A stretch of DNA of 64,000 bases from a virus (lineage: Duplodnaviria > Caudoviricetes): IMG/VR virus record IMGVR_UViG_3300037067_014608; one strand, written 5' to 3'. The notes under the pieces were generated by a model, which was not told the origin of the DNA, made no database searches, and worked only from the letters and a program-made list of their open reading frames with translations. The position numbers and the translations under genes are program-made. Within the stretch, counting starts at the first letter, position 1; every line of letters starts with the position of its first letter. Shown piece by piece: positions 15,968 through 26,100 of this stretch.

Positions 15968-17782
15968 TCACCAACTCACTCGTCTACCAAATACTTCGTT
16001 CAACCCAGATAATATACTACCACCATTACCAATCTGATTCTGGCGTCTTTGCATTGCAACTTGTTGGGCTTGTGCTGCCTGAATCAGTGCTAGTTGCTGT
16101 AACTGCTGCTCTCTTATTGCCATTGCTTGTTGTTGTGCCAAAGCTTGCTGTTGATAATTTTTAGTATATGTACGATAATCTTTTTTAGACATTCCTTTTG
16201 GTTTTGGAGGCATTCTCATTTGTGGTGTTCGTTGTGTTTGGATTGGTAGTGTCTGAACTATCATTGGTTGTTGTGATGGCGGTGCTTCAACCATTACAGA
16301 TTGTTGCACGGGTCGGGCGCTTTCCGGATGGTTAAACCTAAACATTCCACTTGATATAGCACCCATATTTCCATTAAATAACCGTCTCTCTTGTGTTGCC
16401 GATTGCGGAGTTACAATCTGTTGGGATTGTGGTTGTGATCTTGGAACTGTATTATATTTGAATGTCCCTGACGATATCGAACTTAAACTACCTGAAGATA
16501 CGCCGCCTAAATTATTAGTAAACAATCCTTCTCTCTGAACCGGGGGTTGGGGTATCTCCTGAGGAGATTGTTCATATTGTTGTTGATAATAGGGTTGTTG
16601 TCTTACCGGTCTATTATATGAATATCTCCCAAACGCACCGGAAGATAATGCATTTAAATTATTGCCAAACAACTGAACGTCCTGTTGTGGGGCACGCCCA
16701 CCATATTTAAAGGCTGAATATGTCCTTTCCCCAGCACCGAATGGTTGTGGTTCGGTTTCCATTCTGGTTCGGCTTCCATATTTGAATGCCGATAATCCTC
16801 CGCTTCCTGCACCGAACCGCTGTGTTCGCATAGGTTGGCCGGATCCGTATTCAAAGGCAGATAATAATTCTTTTCCAGCACCAAATTTTCCACCGCCCGA
16901 TGGAACTTTGCTTCCGTAGGTAAATCCTGTTGAATATATATCTGACCCTGCACCAAATCTACCCATTGGTTGGGACGTTGACTCTCCAGTACTTCTTCCA
17001 CCAAGTACGCCTGATGAAAATTTACTTGATCCTCCGCCAATATCTACATCTTCATCGTCGTCTTCATCGGTATCTTCAGCTTCGATCTGGAGACCTGTTG
17101 TTGAGTCAACCATCTTTTTTGGAAGAGTGTGTTTTGCTTTTTTACCAGTATCGATCCACTCACCGTTTTTGTTTTTAGCTAATATATGGCCGGTTTCCTC
17201 ATCGGTTTTATACATCCCTTCGCTGGTACGTCGTCCCGCTGAAGTGATGAACTCTTCGTCCGGTTTGATCTGTTTAGAGATATCTTCTGATACACTCTCC
17301 CCCATTTGAGCCATATGTGAACTAATCCCTAGAAGACCGGCTTTCACACCTTTTACAACTTCTTTTCCAATATATTTTGCCTCTTGCATTCTCTGTTGTA
17401 TTTTTGTGGGGGGTTGTTGTGGTGCACCGGTCTGTTCAGGTGCTCCTTCTATTGGGGTTCGTGTTGCTTCGCCTCTTTGTTCTGGTTCGCCCAATTGTCT
17501 TGATTTAAACTCTTCTCTTCGCTGTCGTGAAATTTCTCTGCGTTCTTCTTTAGATCTGCGAGATCTCGATTGTACCGGGATGTCTGACCCAGCAAGATCT
17601 TCGCGCTCCGCTAACTTTTCTCTGAAGTCCTGTTGCGCTGTTCTCTCAAATGAGGGTTGTGAATATTCTGCGGGCGGTTCGTTGGATTCAGAAGTATTAA
17701 CTTCTTTTGAGGGCTGATATAACTTTTCGGTGTATCTTTCGTCGTGTCTTCTTTTAGAGATTGTGCGTGATCGTATTGCCAT
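15968..17782 (-). CDS. 604-aa intrinsically disordered protein with FG repeats and Gln-rich C-terminus
   Basis: Low complexity; repeats FGAG-x4-S.F.YG; GGGGGAG RBS. Confidence 0.8.
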   Translation of the reverse strand: MAIRSRTISKRRHDERYTEKLYQPSKEVNTSESNEPPAEYSQPSFERTAQQDFREKLAEREDLAGSDIPVQSRSRRSKEERREISRQRREEFKSRQLGEPEQRGEATRTPIEGAPEQTGAPQQPPTKIQQRMQEAKYIGKEVVKGVKAGLLGISSHMAQMGESVSEDISKQIKPDEEFITSAGRRTSEGMYKTDEETGHILAKNKNGEWIDTGKKAKHTLPKKMVDSTTGLQIEAEDTDEDDDEDVDIGGGSSKFSSGVLGGRSTGESTSQPMGRFGAGSDIYSTGFTYGSKVPSGGGKFGAGKELLSAFEYGSGQPMRTQRFGAGSGGLSAFKYGSRTRMETEPQPFGAGERTYSAFKYGGRAPQQDVQLFGNNLNALSSGAFGRYSYNRPVRQQPYYQQQYEQSPQEIPQPPVQREGLFTNNLGGVSSGSLSSISSGTFKYNTVPRSQPQSQQIVTPQSATQERRLFNGNMGAISSGMFRFNHPESARPVQQSVMVEAPPSQQPMIVQTLPIQTQRTPQMRMPPKPKGMSKKDYRTYTKNYQQQALAQQQAMAIREQQLQQLALIQAAQAQQVAMQRRQNQIGNGGSILSGLNEVFGRRVSW

Positions 17783-18064
17783 TTAGGTCTCCCCCCGTCG
17801 TGATTCTGCGAGACGTGTCCGCAATAAATATAATTTTCGTTCCTCTTCAGATGTTTCAGGGTAATCTTCAAGAGAGATACGTTTTTTCATTGAACCCATC
17901 AGGATACGTAATTTTTCTAAATCACGTTCAAATGTGGGTTTCGGATATTTCGGTCTGATTAATACTTTTTGTATAACTTTAGGTAAGGGTTTATTATACT
18001 CGCGTTCAAACCGTCGTTTTTCAAACGCATCCGAATGTTTCTTTGTACGTGACCTTACTGACAT
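17783..18064 (-). CDS. Basic protein (N-term MSVRSR)
   Basis: GGAG RBS; abuts both neighbours. Confidence 0.75.
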   Translation of the reverse strand: MSVRSRTKKHSDAFEKRRFEREYNKPLPKVIQKVLIRPKYPKPTFERDLEKLRILMGSMKKRISLEDYPETSEEERKLYLLRTRLAESRRGET

Positions 18065-18592
18065 TTAGTTTCTCCTTGATCTTTGACGAGGGGCTCGTGG
18101 CGCTCTTGGTGCCCGTGGTTTTCTTTGTCTTGGTGCTCTCTCTTCCTTTCGGGATGATCGTTCTTTTTCTTTTGAGACCTCGAATTTAATCGGAGATTTT
18201 TGTGGGTGTGGATGTGCAATATCGTGAATGAGATTCGGATCTTGCCTCATTTTTGAACGCAGATATTGCCTTTGTTCTTTACCAAATTCCCCACTCCGTT
18301 CGACAACCCTACCCGGTATTCGTGCTAAATCCTGCCCGAATGTTGTATCGTGAGGATGTGCTTTTTGATAGGCCGCTTGATTTTTTTCAATATATTGCCC
18401 AAATGCTTTGGCTGTCGCTTTAATTTCTTTAATTGTCGGTTCTAACTTCCGTTTAACCTCCCCAAAACGATTACTACTTTGTTGTTGGGATTGCGGGGGT
18501 TCCTGACTTGGTTCTACTGGTCTTTTTAAAGGATATGCTGTCCTGCGTTCTGATGGCGGTTTCGTGTGGCTGTAACTTGATCTGACTGGCAT
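18065..18592 (-). CDS. Basic disordered protein (N-term MPVRSS; PRA repeats)
   Basis: GGTGAGG RBS before ATG 18592; C-term RAPRAPRAPR. Confidence 0.75.
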   Translation of the reverse strand: MPVRSSYSHTKPPSERRTAYPLKRPVEPSQEPPQSQQQSSNRFGEVKRKLEPTIKEIKATAKAFGQYIEKNQAAYQKAHPHDTTFGQDLARIPGRVVERSGEFGKEQRQYLRSKMRQDPNLIHDIAHPHPQKSPIKFEVSKEKERSSRKEERAPRQRKPRAPRAPRAPRQRSRRN

Positions 18593-18638
18593 TTTATTCC
18601 TCACCCCTATTTCGGTTTATATAATAAAAATATAGATT

Positions 18639-19109
18639 TCATGATTGTTTTCTTTTTTTACCCATCAGGAAATCAGTTAGTTCGTCGTCTGCACTTGGAT
18701 CGTGTTTCGCTCTTTTACGAGCGGATATGTTTGCAATCTCCTCTTCCCCTAGACTACCCGCACCGTTTGCAATACCTTTCATCCAACTACCTCCCGTCCC
18801 CTGAAGGTCGTCCATTAAAGAAGTCTCCCCGGCTGCTTTCATGGCTTTAAGATTTCTGGAACGATAATCACAGAACCTTTGGAATAACCCTTTTTTACCG
18901 GTGTTTTCCTGAATGGGTTGTTGTTGCGCAGCAACAATCTGTGATACAGGAGTGACTGCATACCCCGGATTTGTAACGGATGGGCCGGTACTGCCGATAT
19001 TTGTTGTCATTACCTGTCCTTTCCCGGACTCTTTTTCTTTCATATATTGTTCTGCTAACCGTTTGTAGATGCAGGCTTTACATTCTTCCGGTTCTTTATT
19101 TCCTGCCAT
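18639..19109 (-). CDS. Hypothetical protein with CxxC
   Basis: GGGAGTG RBS. Confidence 0.75.
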   Translation of the reverse strand: MAGNKEPEECKACIYKRLAEQYMKEKESGKGQVMTTNIGSTGPSVTNPGYAVTPVSQIVAAQQQPIQENTGKKGLFQRFCDYRSRNLKAMKAAGETSLMDDLQGTGGSWMKGIANGAGSLGEEEIANISARKRAKHDPSADDELTDFLMGKKRKQS

Positions 19110-19115
19110 TACAAT

Positions 19116-19277
19116 TCACTCCCGTTCGATATTAATAAAATCCGGTTTTGGATCTGTATAATGTGATCGAATCGCAATTCGTTCGTCTGATACCGGATTA
19201 ATACCTATTCCATGTCTTCGTGTGCCCGGCCTAAAATTCTTGTATGATGTTTTACTATAATGTGATCTAATTGACAT
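19116..19277 (-). CDS. 53-aa protein with two IRSHY motifs (not in ORF track)
   Basis: MSIRSHYSK...RIAIRSHYTDP...; GGAGGAGG RBS. Confidence 0.7.
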   Translation of the reverse strand: MSIRSHYSKTSYKNFRPGTRRHGIGINPVSDERIAIRSHYTDPKPDFINIERE

Positions 19278-19293
19278 TTTTCCTCCTCCTAAT

Positions 19294-19551
19294 TCACCTA
19301 TTAATTCTTGCTTTTTCTCCTCTTCTTATTTTAATATGTCTACGCACAGGGGTATGATAAGTATTTCGGTAACATTGACAGTCATTGATCTCTTTTACCT
19401 CGATATCGGTGATTTTCGTAAGATTGTTTTTATCTTTACTTACGGCTTTTAAAGAGGCGTATAGGTTGTTGGCTTTCTGTTTTTGTGCATCTCCAAATAT
19501 CCTGTTCTGTTGAACGCCCCCCTCTTCCCAACTCACCCTATACTTAGCCAT
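19294..19551 (-). CDS. Hypothetical protein
   Basis: GGTGA RBS. Confidence 0.7.
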   Translation of the reverse strand: MAKYRVSWEEGGVQQNRIFGDAQKQKANNLYASLKAVSKDKNNLTKITDIEVKEINDCQCYRNTYHTPVRRHIKIRRGEKARINR

Positions 19552-19557
19552 AGTTTT

Positions 19558-19758
19558 TCACCACGAGAATACTGATCTGAATTTAATAATGATGTCTTTA
19601 CCGTGCTCTGCTTTTGCCGTGGCAATAGCATCCTCTTTATCATCAGTATAATATGCAGATGCTTCCATGTCTTTTTTACCCGGTACTCGATATTCATTAT
19701 AGACTGTGCTTTTTTTAATAACGATTGTTTTTTTATCTGTTTGTTTTTTTGCTGGCAT
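19558..19758 (-). CDS. Phage-type hypothetical protein
   Basis: EYRV...A.YYTDD.EDA..TA pattern; GGTGA RBS. Confidence 0.7.
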   Translation of the reverse strand: MPAKKQTDKKTIVIKKSTVYNEYRVPGKKDMEASAYYTDDKEDAIATAKAEHGKDIIIKFRSVFSW

Positions 19759-19953
19759 TTATTTCACCTTTTTTACGATAAAACCAAAATTTACACCATA
19801 TGGTTCAAAAGTTATGGTATCACCCTTTTTTATTTTATCTTTTTTAGATGCAATAATATAATAGGGGATTCGTTTTTGTTTTTCACCTTTTGCATATAAC
19901 AATAACCGATCTCCTTCATCTTTAATTGAATCTACAATCATTGTGCGTTGCAT
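19759..19953 (-). CDS. Small beta-rich basic protein
   Basis: GGGGTGA RBS. Confidence 0.7.
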   Translation of the reverse strand: MQRTMIVDSIKDEGDRLLLYAKGEKQKRIPYYIIASKKDKIKKGDTITFEPYGVNFGFIVKKVK

Positions 19954-19955
19954 AT

Positions 19956-20225
19956 TTATTTCACCCCTCTTTTTGGTTTTGATGGTATCTTGTATTCCCC
20001 TTCAAGTTCTTGTTTAAGTTCCATCGCACGTTTTTTGTTTGATTCGTATGCGGCATCACCAATCTGAAAACCGTTTTTGTCTTTTATAGTTAACACCCAC
20101 GTTTTACTATGCCTATCCCAAAACATATCCACGTGGTGAGGTTTCCCGATCTTGCTTTTTGACACGTCTATCGGTTTACCACGGATCATCATTTTAATTA
20201 TAGGTTTTTTCCACCCATCTTTCAT
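19956..20225 (-). CDS. Phage-type hypothetical protein
   Basis: W....D..G.QIG.A.Y...K..A pattern. Confidence 0.7.
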   Translation of the reverse strand: MKDGWKKPIIKMMIRGKPIDVSKSKIGKPHHVDMFWDRHSKTWVLTIKDKNGFQIGDAAYESNKKRAMELKQELEGEYKIPSKPKRGVK

Positions 20226-20226
20226 T

Positions 20227-20568
20227 TTATAGCCCCTTTTTTTCTCTACGTTTCATATAATTTATTGCAAAACGTAATGCATCTCCAAACGTGCCGGGTT
20301 TAGAATCTTGCCGTGACCTTATTGCGAGATTCGCTTCTGTACCAACCATCCCTATTGGTTTTACCGGCAATACATAAAACGGACTTAACGTATATGTTGA
20401 AACAATTCCCTGTTCATAGTTTGGAACGGTTCTTTTAACATTATAATATCCTTTTTCCCTTGAACCCCGAATTTCAACCGTTTCGTTTGTTTCCGGGTTT
20501 ATCCAAATGTACATATCCGGGTATAAACGTCTCCAAATTCTGGATTTTTTTTCTACCGGTATGTTCAT
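20227..20568 (-). CDS. Hypothetical protein
   Basis: Coupled gene. Confidence 0.7.
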   Translation of the reverse strand: MNIPVEKKSRIWRRLYPDMYIWINPETNETVEIRGSREKGYYNVKRTVPNYEQGIVSTYTLSPFYVLPVKPIGMVGTEANLAIRSRQDSKPGTFGDALRFAINYMKRREKKGL

Positions 20569-20571
20569 TAT

Positions 20572-20679
20572 TTAGGCCCAGTTAAATTTGCCTTTCTTTC
20601 TCTTTACTTTGGGTATCCTTCTAGATCCCATTTTCATAGAGTCTGGCAATCCTGTGGGTTTTCTCATTCTACTTTTCAT
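20572..20679 (-). CDS. 35-aa very basic peptide (not in ORF track)
   Basis: MKSRMRKPTGLPDSMKMGSRRIPKVKRKKGKFNWA*; GGGAG RBS. Confidence 0.55.
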   Translation of the reverse strand: MKSRMRKPTGLPDSMKMGSRRIPKVKRKKGKFNWA

Positions 20680-20695
20680 ACGTTTGTCTCCCAGA

Positions 20696-20794
20696 TTATG
20701 CTCTCCTTGGTTTAGGCCAACCTCCCCATGCTTTTCGTGGGGATAGTCTCTTTATCCGTGACCTAACTCTTTTCTGTTTTGTGAACTTCACCAT
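20696..20794 (-). CDS. 32-aa very basic peptide (start revised)
   Basis: MVKFTKQKRVRSRIKRLSPRKAWGGWPKPRRA*. Confidence 0.5.
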   Translation of the reverse strand: MVKFTKQKRVRSRIKRLSPRKAWGGWPKPRRA

Positions 20795-20810
20795 TGCAAT
20801 AACCTTCGGA

Positions 20811-21041
20811 TTATTTGGATAGTCCTTCTGCTTTTGCAGATTTAATTCTGTTAAGTAGTTCCTTTCCACCCAAGGGCTTTTCTTTTTTGTAAACAACTTT
20901 ATCAAACTTCTTTAATTCTTCTTTCAGGCGATTTGCACTCGCCATCATCCCCACTGATTCAAGTTGCGCAATCTTGGTTCTGAGTTCTGCAACCTTTCCA
21001 CCATAATTTCTCTTTTCTCTTGGTTCTCCAAATAATGGCAT
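20811..21041 (-). CDS. Small basic helical protein
   Basis: AAGGGGA RBS. Confidence 0.7.
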   Translation of the reverse strand: MPLFGEPREKRNYGGKVAELRTKIAQLESVGMMASANRLKEELKKFDKVVYKKEKPLGGKELLNRIKSAKAEGLSK

Positions 21042-21054
21042 TTTTTAATCCCCT

Positions 21055-21375
21055 TCATTCCTTTTTATATTTGAGTTCAATAATTGCGTTTTCTCCTCTC
21101 GTTCCATAACCTTTTTTAAGTTTGCGTTTACGGGGAATGTTTATTATAACAAGATATGGTTTCTGATTCTTTTTTATTGGTAAACTCCCAAGGGAATTAC
21201 CATAAATCCATTCTATCATATGATCTAATCCTTCATCGGTTCGTGAAGGTAACCCATGATCCCCATATCTTTCTGATTGTTTACCTTTGTTTACAACATA
21301 AAAGATATATTCAGGATTTCTAACTATTGAACCATGCGCACCAAACGCATTTAAAGTAAATTCTTTTTCTGGCAT
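21055..21375 (-). CDS. Hypothetical protein
   Basis: GGGAG RBS before MPEK. Confidence 0.7.
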   Translation of the reverse strand: MPEKEFTLNAFGAHGSIVRNPEYIFYVVNKGKQSERYGDHGLPSRTDEGLDHMIEWIYGNSLGSLPIKKNQKPYLVIINIPRKRKLKKGYGTRGENAIIELKYKKE

Positions 21376-21411
21376 GTTATTTACTCCCAATTTTTTGTGC
21401 AGATATCATGG

Positions 21412-21723
21412 TTAGTTCCTCTTTGCTACTTTATTATATAATGAATATACTATACTTCGATACTTTTCTGGGATTCCCTTAAATTGCAAGTAGTGTTTGG
21501 AATAAGATCGACCGGTATCGTGTCCACCTTTTGAAACTATATAATTCTCACCCTGATATACTTCTAAACCATACACTTTATTGTGTGGATTATAATAAAC
21601 CGATAATTCTTTTATAACCCCATCGTCGTCTATTTGAATTTGCGCAAAATTCGTATTATACGAACCTTTTGGGCCTTTTCTTTTTTCTGTCTTTAGTGTT
21701 CCCGATATAATTTTTATGGTCAT
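21412..21723 (-). CDS. Hypothetical protein
   Basis: GGAGTGA RBS. Confidence 0.7.
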   Translation of the reverse strand: MTIKIISGTLKTEKRKGPKGSYNTNFAQIQIDDDGVIKELSVYYNPHNKVYGLEVYQGENYIVSKGGHDTGRSYSKHYLQFKGIPEKYRSIVYSLYNKVAKRN

Positions 21724-21726
21724 TTT

Positions 21727-22110
21727 TTATTCACTCCATTTTATTGTATACTTCACTTGGTTCCCTTTACTATTTACTAATATATTAATATCATAACCAT
21801 AATTTCTCTCCCATGTATACCCTTTTTCAATAAGGCTCCGTGCAGTATTTACATTATCTTTGGTGATTAATCCAACATATTTACCATTTATGTAAATCTT
21901 ACCGTTTGCAAAAACATTAACATCTAGGGGGCGACCAAATATTGATTTGGGTTCCGGGAACCTATGTGTTTTTAGATAGGTATTGGTAACTAAAGCTTCC
22001 AATACGTTTAAAATATTACTTCTGGCATTTCGACGCACTACATTCCTATCGTCTTTTTTATGTTTTCGTTCGAGTTGTTTTCTGTTTATTTTATCATAAC
22101 TAATTAACAT
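21727..22110 (-). CDS. Hypothetical protein
   Basis: GAGGTGAGG RBS. Confidence 0.75.
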   Translation of the reverse strand: MLISYDKINRKQLERKHKKDDRNVVRRNARSNILNVLEALVTNTYLKTHRFPEPKSIFGRPLDVNVFANGKIYINGKYVGLITKDNVNTARSLIEKGYTWERNYGYDINILVNSKGNQVKYTIKWSE

Positions 22111-22132
22111 TTTTTCCTCACCTCATTTTTTA

Positions 22133-22450
22133 TTATTTTTTCCTGATTTCACCAAGTGTTTTTATATTACCAAGGTGTGGCATTCTGACGTTTGTTGCTT
22201 CCCTTAACCGGATTGTTGCTTCTTTCCGTGCTCTTGACATTGAATAACCTGAACGTAAAAGAGATTGTTCGATATATTGTAATGCTGTATGTTTCCCCGG
22301 TACTTTCCTTGGGTAATCCAACCTTGCTTTGCATTTTGTACACGCTACAATGTCTTTTTTATACCCAGTCCATGTTTCCCCGCAAAAAGGGCACGTGTGT
22401 AAATAACCGGTTCTCTCCATTTTATCCATTAATAGTAATAATACAATCAC
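22133..22450 (-). CDS. Zn-ribbon protein
   Basis: CPFCG..W......CTKC; start uncertain. Confidence 0.7.
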   Translation of the reverse strand: MIVLLLLMDKMERTGYLHTCPFCGETWTGYKKDIVACTKCKARLDYPRKVPGKHTALQYIEQSLLRSGYSMSRARKEATIRLREATNVRMPHLGNIKTLGEIRKK

Positions 22451-22456
22451 TACTAT

Positions 22457-22825
22457 TTAAGTGTTCTTGTCATTCTCATCTTCTGTTTCGATATCGTTGT
22501 CTTCATCGTCTTCAACAACATAATCTCCCGGGTGTTTTCTTCTGTCGTTGAAAGCAAATATCGATAATACAATCATTGATGCCCCTGATACCAGATCTGC
22601 ATTAATTAAACCGTTCATTAAATCCGAGGGTTCTTTTCCTTTCGTCATTACGCAATTGTTAAGATCCGATAGATCGTGGACGACCGCTTTCGGATTACTG
22701 ATAGAACAGTTCTGACTTCCTTTGTAGGGTTGCTCGATAAAAAACATACTGAGACTCGCTACTGTAAACACAATGGTAGCAACATAACTGATTACTATTA
22801 ACTGTTTATGTAAGTTTGAGATCAT
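22457..22825 (-). CDS. Two-TM membrane protein with acidic tail
   Basis: Two hydrophobic segments, loop with 2 Cys, EDDEDND tail; ATGA overlap. Confidence 0.7.
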   Translation of the reverse strand: MISNLHKQLIVISYVATIVFTVASLSMFFIEQPYKGSQNCSISNPKAVVHDLSDLNNCVMTKGKEPSDLMNGLINADLVSGASMIVLSIFAFNDRRKHPGDYVVEDDEDNDIETEDENDKNT

Positions 22826-23169
22826 TGTTCCGGCACCTGTGCAATTTCTTTAATTTGTTTAACGAGATCAAACCCTAGTTTTACATGTACAAATTCATCG
22901 AGACTGTCAAGAGTACCCCTGATATTCCCTTGTCCACTCTCTTTTTCAAAAAGAACCTGTTTGTTATTATGTGAGTCTTTGTTTAATTTCACCCTGACTG
23001 AATAATGACTTTCGTGTTCCGGATTTATTTTCCTGTTCACTTCTTCTTTCGCAATTGCAATGCCAAGGGCAATATTGCCCTTTGATTGACTCCAATTAAA
23101 AACTGGATTCATTTTATTTGAATTGTAAATCTGTATCAGTAGATAATAATCTGATTCTCTTTCTGGCAT
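22822..23169 (-). CDS. Hypothetical protein
   Basis: GAGGAGGAG RBS. Confidence 0.75.
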   Translation of the reverse strand: MPERESDYYLLIQIYNSNKMNPVFNWSQSKGNIALGIAIAKEEVNRKINPEHESHYSVRVKLNKDSHNNKQVLFEKESGQGNIRGTLDSLDEFVHVKLGFDLVKQIKEIAQVPEQ

Positions 23170-23191
23170 TTCTCCTCCTCTTATTTCGGGA

Positions 23192-26100
23192 TTACCAATC
23201 TGTTTTCCCCCTGACTAACAGATAGATTGATAATACTATAAATATTCCTGAATATACTATAAGCGCATACAATAAATAAGTTATCCCGAATTGGTTATAA
23301 CTGATTGATACACCATACGTCGAAATTAATGTGTTTAATCCTCCTACGATCAATGTCAGCAACTCGTTTCTTGTTACGAGAAGCATCATCAAAATACTTA
23401 ATATTATACTAATAATAACGATGATATACACAACGCTATTGTGCGGGGTTGTTGTTGCGCTGCCTGATGCTACTGGCGTTAAATTGGTTTCTTCTACTAG
23501 TGTAAACGTATGCTCACTATTCGGTTCAAGTAATTCCATATTGTAATATCCAAGGTTGTTTGATACCCGTTTTGTGGATATAATTTTCGTCGGTGTGCCA
23601 TTAAGAACCTCGGTTCGATTAATCTGTTGTGTTACGTACTCTCCGTCTATCATCATGTAATAAGAATTGTTAGTCCCCCACGACCATTGGATATAATCCT
23701 GACCCATATCCACGGCAATTGATAGTTTTGTTGCTGCTGAAACAACTATATAATCTGTCTTGGTCTCCGTTGATTCTAATCCATATGCATTCTTTACCGT
23801 TAATGTGACTGTGTAATTACCTGTATTTACATAATAATGGGTTGGGTTCTTTTGCGTACTATAATTGCCATCTCCGAATGACCAACTCCATGATGTTGCA
23901 TTGTTGGAAGTATCTGCGAAATCGACCTTTGCCGGGATTGTGCCATTACTGTACATAAATGTATGTGTTGGTGATCCGAGGAAATTTGCCGTTAACGGTT
24001 CTGCGATTGTTAGATATCCATGTTTTACTGTACTGTTCGTTGATGATTCATTTTGACCGGTTAAAATTACCGTAAACGTGCCAAAGGTTGCATAGGTGTG
24101 TGTTGGATTCTCCACATTACCATACATTCCATCACCGAATGACCAGTTCCATGATGTCGGCATTAACCCTCCACTCGAACTACTTGTAAATGTTACTGTC
24201 GATGATGGATAGGTCTGATTAATCGGAGTTCCTATAAAGTCTAATATAATATTCCCATTTCCTATCGTGATATAATCTGATTTCGTCTCTGTGAAATACC
24301 CCCCGTAGTTTGCCGCCGTAACTATTACTGTATAAACACCCGGGGTCGAGTAAATATGTAATGGATACTGTTCTGTTGAATACTGGCCGTCTCCAAACGA
24401 CCAGTTCCATTGTGTTGCCTGATTACCGAACGCCAGTGTATAATTAAATTTTATGGCTTGTGGGGATAATCCTGTAGTTGTATTCGCACTCATGTTTACA
24501 ATCGGTTTCGGATCTTGAACAAGGATGTAATTTATTGAGGTTGTTGTATTCGTCCAATAAGCATTGCTTGCGCTTTCTGTGATCGTATAGAATCCTGTTG
24601 AATTAAATGTATACACCGGATGTCGTTCTGCACTTGTGTTGCCATCCCCGAATTCCCAACTCCAACTTGTTGCATTTTTTGAGAAGTCAATAAATTGCAC
24701 TGATAACGGAGCATATCCAAACGTCACGTTGCTTCTAAATTCCGATGTTGATTTGTCAACAACCTGAATTAAATTTGGAATTGTTGTGATGTTTACAGCA
24801 CCCGTATAATTATTCGTGGCTATTTCCATAACCGTAAAGATTCCGCTTGTATTATACAAGTGGTATCCGATTTGGGTTGTACCGTTCTGCCACGTCCCAT
24901 CCCCGAACGACCAGTTCCACATCGTAGCATTATCGTCAGGATTGTTTACATTAAATTGCACACCTAACGGTACATATCCATACGTTACATTCGGAGTAAA
25001 CCCAGCAACGGTCTGGTTATATACTGCAATAAAATCTACTTTTGTTGAAAGATTTGAACCGCCATCGTTTGTTGCGTTTAATGTGATGGTGTAGTTTCCG
25101 CCTCTCCTATAAACATATATAGGATTCTGTGCATTACTGAAGTTTCCATCACCGAAACTCCAGTTCCATTTTGTAATAGCATCTCCCGTTGATAAATCGG
25201 TAAATTGGACTGCTAATGGATATATTCCCGCAACGGGATCTGCTGTAAAATTCGATACGGGTATTGGATAGGTAACATTGATATAATGCACTTTCTTCGA
25301 TACGTTTGATATACTACTGTTTTGCCACATATATGCGGTTAATGTTACGGTTTTTAATCCGTGTGTTGTATATTTGTGCGCCACTGTTGATACGTTTGTT
25401 GAATCGACCGCCCCATCTCCAAACGACCAGTTCCAACTGTTTGGATACGCCCCCCATTCTGAGGAGGTATCGGTAAATTGTACTGTATCGTTTATATGAA
25501 TAATTGTTTCATTCGCCGTAAAATTCGCTGTTAGATTCCACGGGCCATACGATAAATTGGTTGCTATGAAATTGTGTACCGGGTATACAATACCATTCGA
25601 TACGTTGATCATTTTACCATAGGTGAAATAAACCGCCTGCTGTGATTCGTTTGCTGAATAATTATCATAGATCTCGTGCCAGTCGATAATACTAACTCTG
25701 GTATTAAACGGCGCTGAAAACCCGCCCGGTCGAGTAATATTAAACTGAATGATCCCTGTGTTATTATTTATTTCATATGATACTAATTGAATATCATTAT
25801 ACGTAGATGTATTTGGGTGTACACTCAAAATGTATGTGTATAATGGATCGGTTGTTATTGAGCCTAAAATATAATCTGTATACGTAACGTTCTGGATTTG
25901 TAACGTTCGTTCCCCGTGAGGGGTGTTGTTATAAATGTATGCATATGGGTATGGAGTCGGATCTACTTTAAATCGGAGTGTTGAGTTCTGGTTTATATCC
26001 GGAATAAAACCTGCAATCTGGCCTCTATACTGCATATAAGGTGTTGTATGGTTAGTCACCCATCTTGCAATACCTGAATTAATACGGAACTCATCAATTA

